A DNA stretch of 62,988 nt, the filler included, from Reclinomonas americana ATCC 50394 (Eukaryota): NCBI GenBank assembly GCA_048213135.1. It is 20 parts of 20 records of this genome, joined end to end, with 100 filler letters (N's around TTAATTAATTAA, not from the genome) between each part and the next. Parts side by side here need not be neighbours in the genome. Positions count along the whole stretch, not along the records: positions 59,751 to 62,988 come from AFZH01023265.1; 19 more parts are not named here. The stretch is one strand, 5' to 3'. Of this stretch, positions 62,306-62,988 are shown one piece after another; position 1 is the stretch's first letter, and each line of letters starts with the position of its first letter. The position numbers and the translations under genes were made by a program. The notes under the pieces were generated by a model, which ran no database searches, was not told the DNA's origin, and saw only the letters and a program-made list of their open reading frames with translations.

Positions 62306-62324
62306 CGGAACTCTCAATCGGGTG

Positions 62325-62360
62325 TGTATGTGCATCATATTCACATCTATGTGCCAATGA
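62325..62360. promoter_or_regulatory. Possible operator between divergent genes (ATGTG-N9-CACAT plus a third ATGTG)
   Basis: AT-rich inverted repeat in GC-rich DNA, adjacent to IclR genes. Confidence 0.3.
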
Positions 62361-62594
62361 CGCATTCTGGAGTGATCTGCCGGGGACACTATCCCCTCCG
62401 GGATCAGGACCGCAAGAGGGCATCGTCGGAAGAGGCCACGCAGTCCGGACTGCGGACGATCCGGCCGAGGCGCCGACAATCCGTCAGCTCTCGCTGCCGT
62501 TCTGCCAGGCGCACACGGACGCCTACCGTGCCGAGGATGGACAGGTGTCAGCGCGGCGATGCCGGCGACAGCCCACGGAAGAAGGAGAACCCCG

Positions 62595-62988
62595 GTGACT
62601 CACCACGACCTCGCCCTTATCGGCTTCGGAGGCGTCAATCGCGCCCTCGCCGAGATCATCCGCGATCGGGGCGATGACCTCGCCGCCGACCTCGGCTTCG
62701 GCCTGCGGGTCGTCGCGATCACCGACCTCCGACTCGGATCGCTCATGCAGAGCGACGGCATCGACCTCGACGCCGTGCTCGCCATGACCGGCGCCGACAC
62801 CTTCGCCGGGATGCCCGGCGGAGATGCGCAGCCTCGCAACGAGTACGTCATCCGCCACACCACCGCCGATGTCGTGGTCGAGGCGACCTTCACGAACCCG
62901 GTCGACGGCGAACCCGCGATCTCGCACGTCCGCGCCGCCCTCGAGAACGGCAAGAGCGTCACCACCACGAACAAGGGACCTGTCGCAC
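62595..62988 (+). CDS. hom: Homoserine dehydrogenase-family protein (3' truncated; absent from the ORF track)
   Basis: AAGGAG RBS then GTG; HDLALIGFGGVNRAL...DVVVEATFTN...ALENGKSVTTTNKGPVA. Confidence 0.85.
   Translation, partial: MTHHDLALIGFGGVNRALAEIIRDRGDDLAADLGFGLRVVAITDLRLGSLMQSDGIDLDAVLAMTGADTFAGMPGGDAQPRNEYVIRHTTADVVVEATFTNPVDGEPAISHVRAALENGKSVTTTNKGPVA

Overview
This window is not one genome. It is 20 sequence pieces joined by artificial 100-nt spacers (N44-TTAATTAATTAA-N44). Three pieces are bacterial. 1-4188 and 4289-7698 look alphaproteobacterial: metallophosphoesterase, wHTH regulator, hdhA-like SDR, CHASE3 histidine kinase, frameshifted Cj0069-like gene and chrA. 59751-62988 looks actinobacterial: two IclR regulators, an APC permease and homoserine dehydrogenase. 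The middle (about 7.8-59.6 kb) is an intron- and microsatellite-rich microbial eukaryote. At least part of it is in true genomic order, because one FAM135-like gene reads collinearly across four pieces. The main feature is a ~20-kb head-to-tail array of at least 8 stand-alone WD40 genes (order B-A-A-A-A-B-A-B). Where visible, each has a 12-nt first exon (M-A/T-T-K), usually seven near-identical 42-aa blades with hypervariable top-face positions, and a conserved helical C-terminal tail loosely resembling a SOCS box or F-box. The array shows pseudogenes, blade duplication and mosaic spacers. About 15 kb downstream are two tandem ankyrin-coiled-coil-IRAK/Pelle-like kinase paralogues, one ending in a RING finger. 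This suggests, as inference only, a diversifying recognition/ubiquitination locus of an immune-like kind in a protist.
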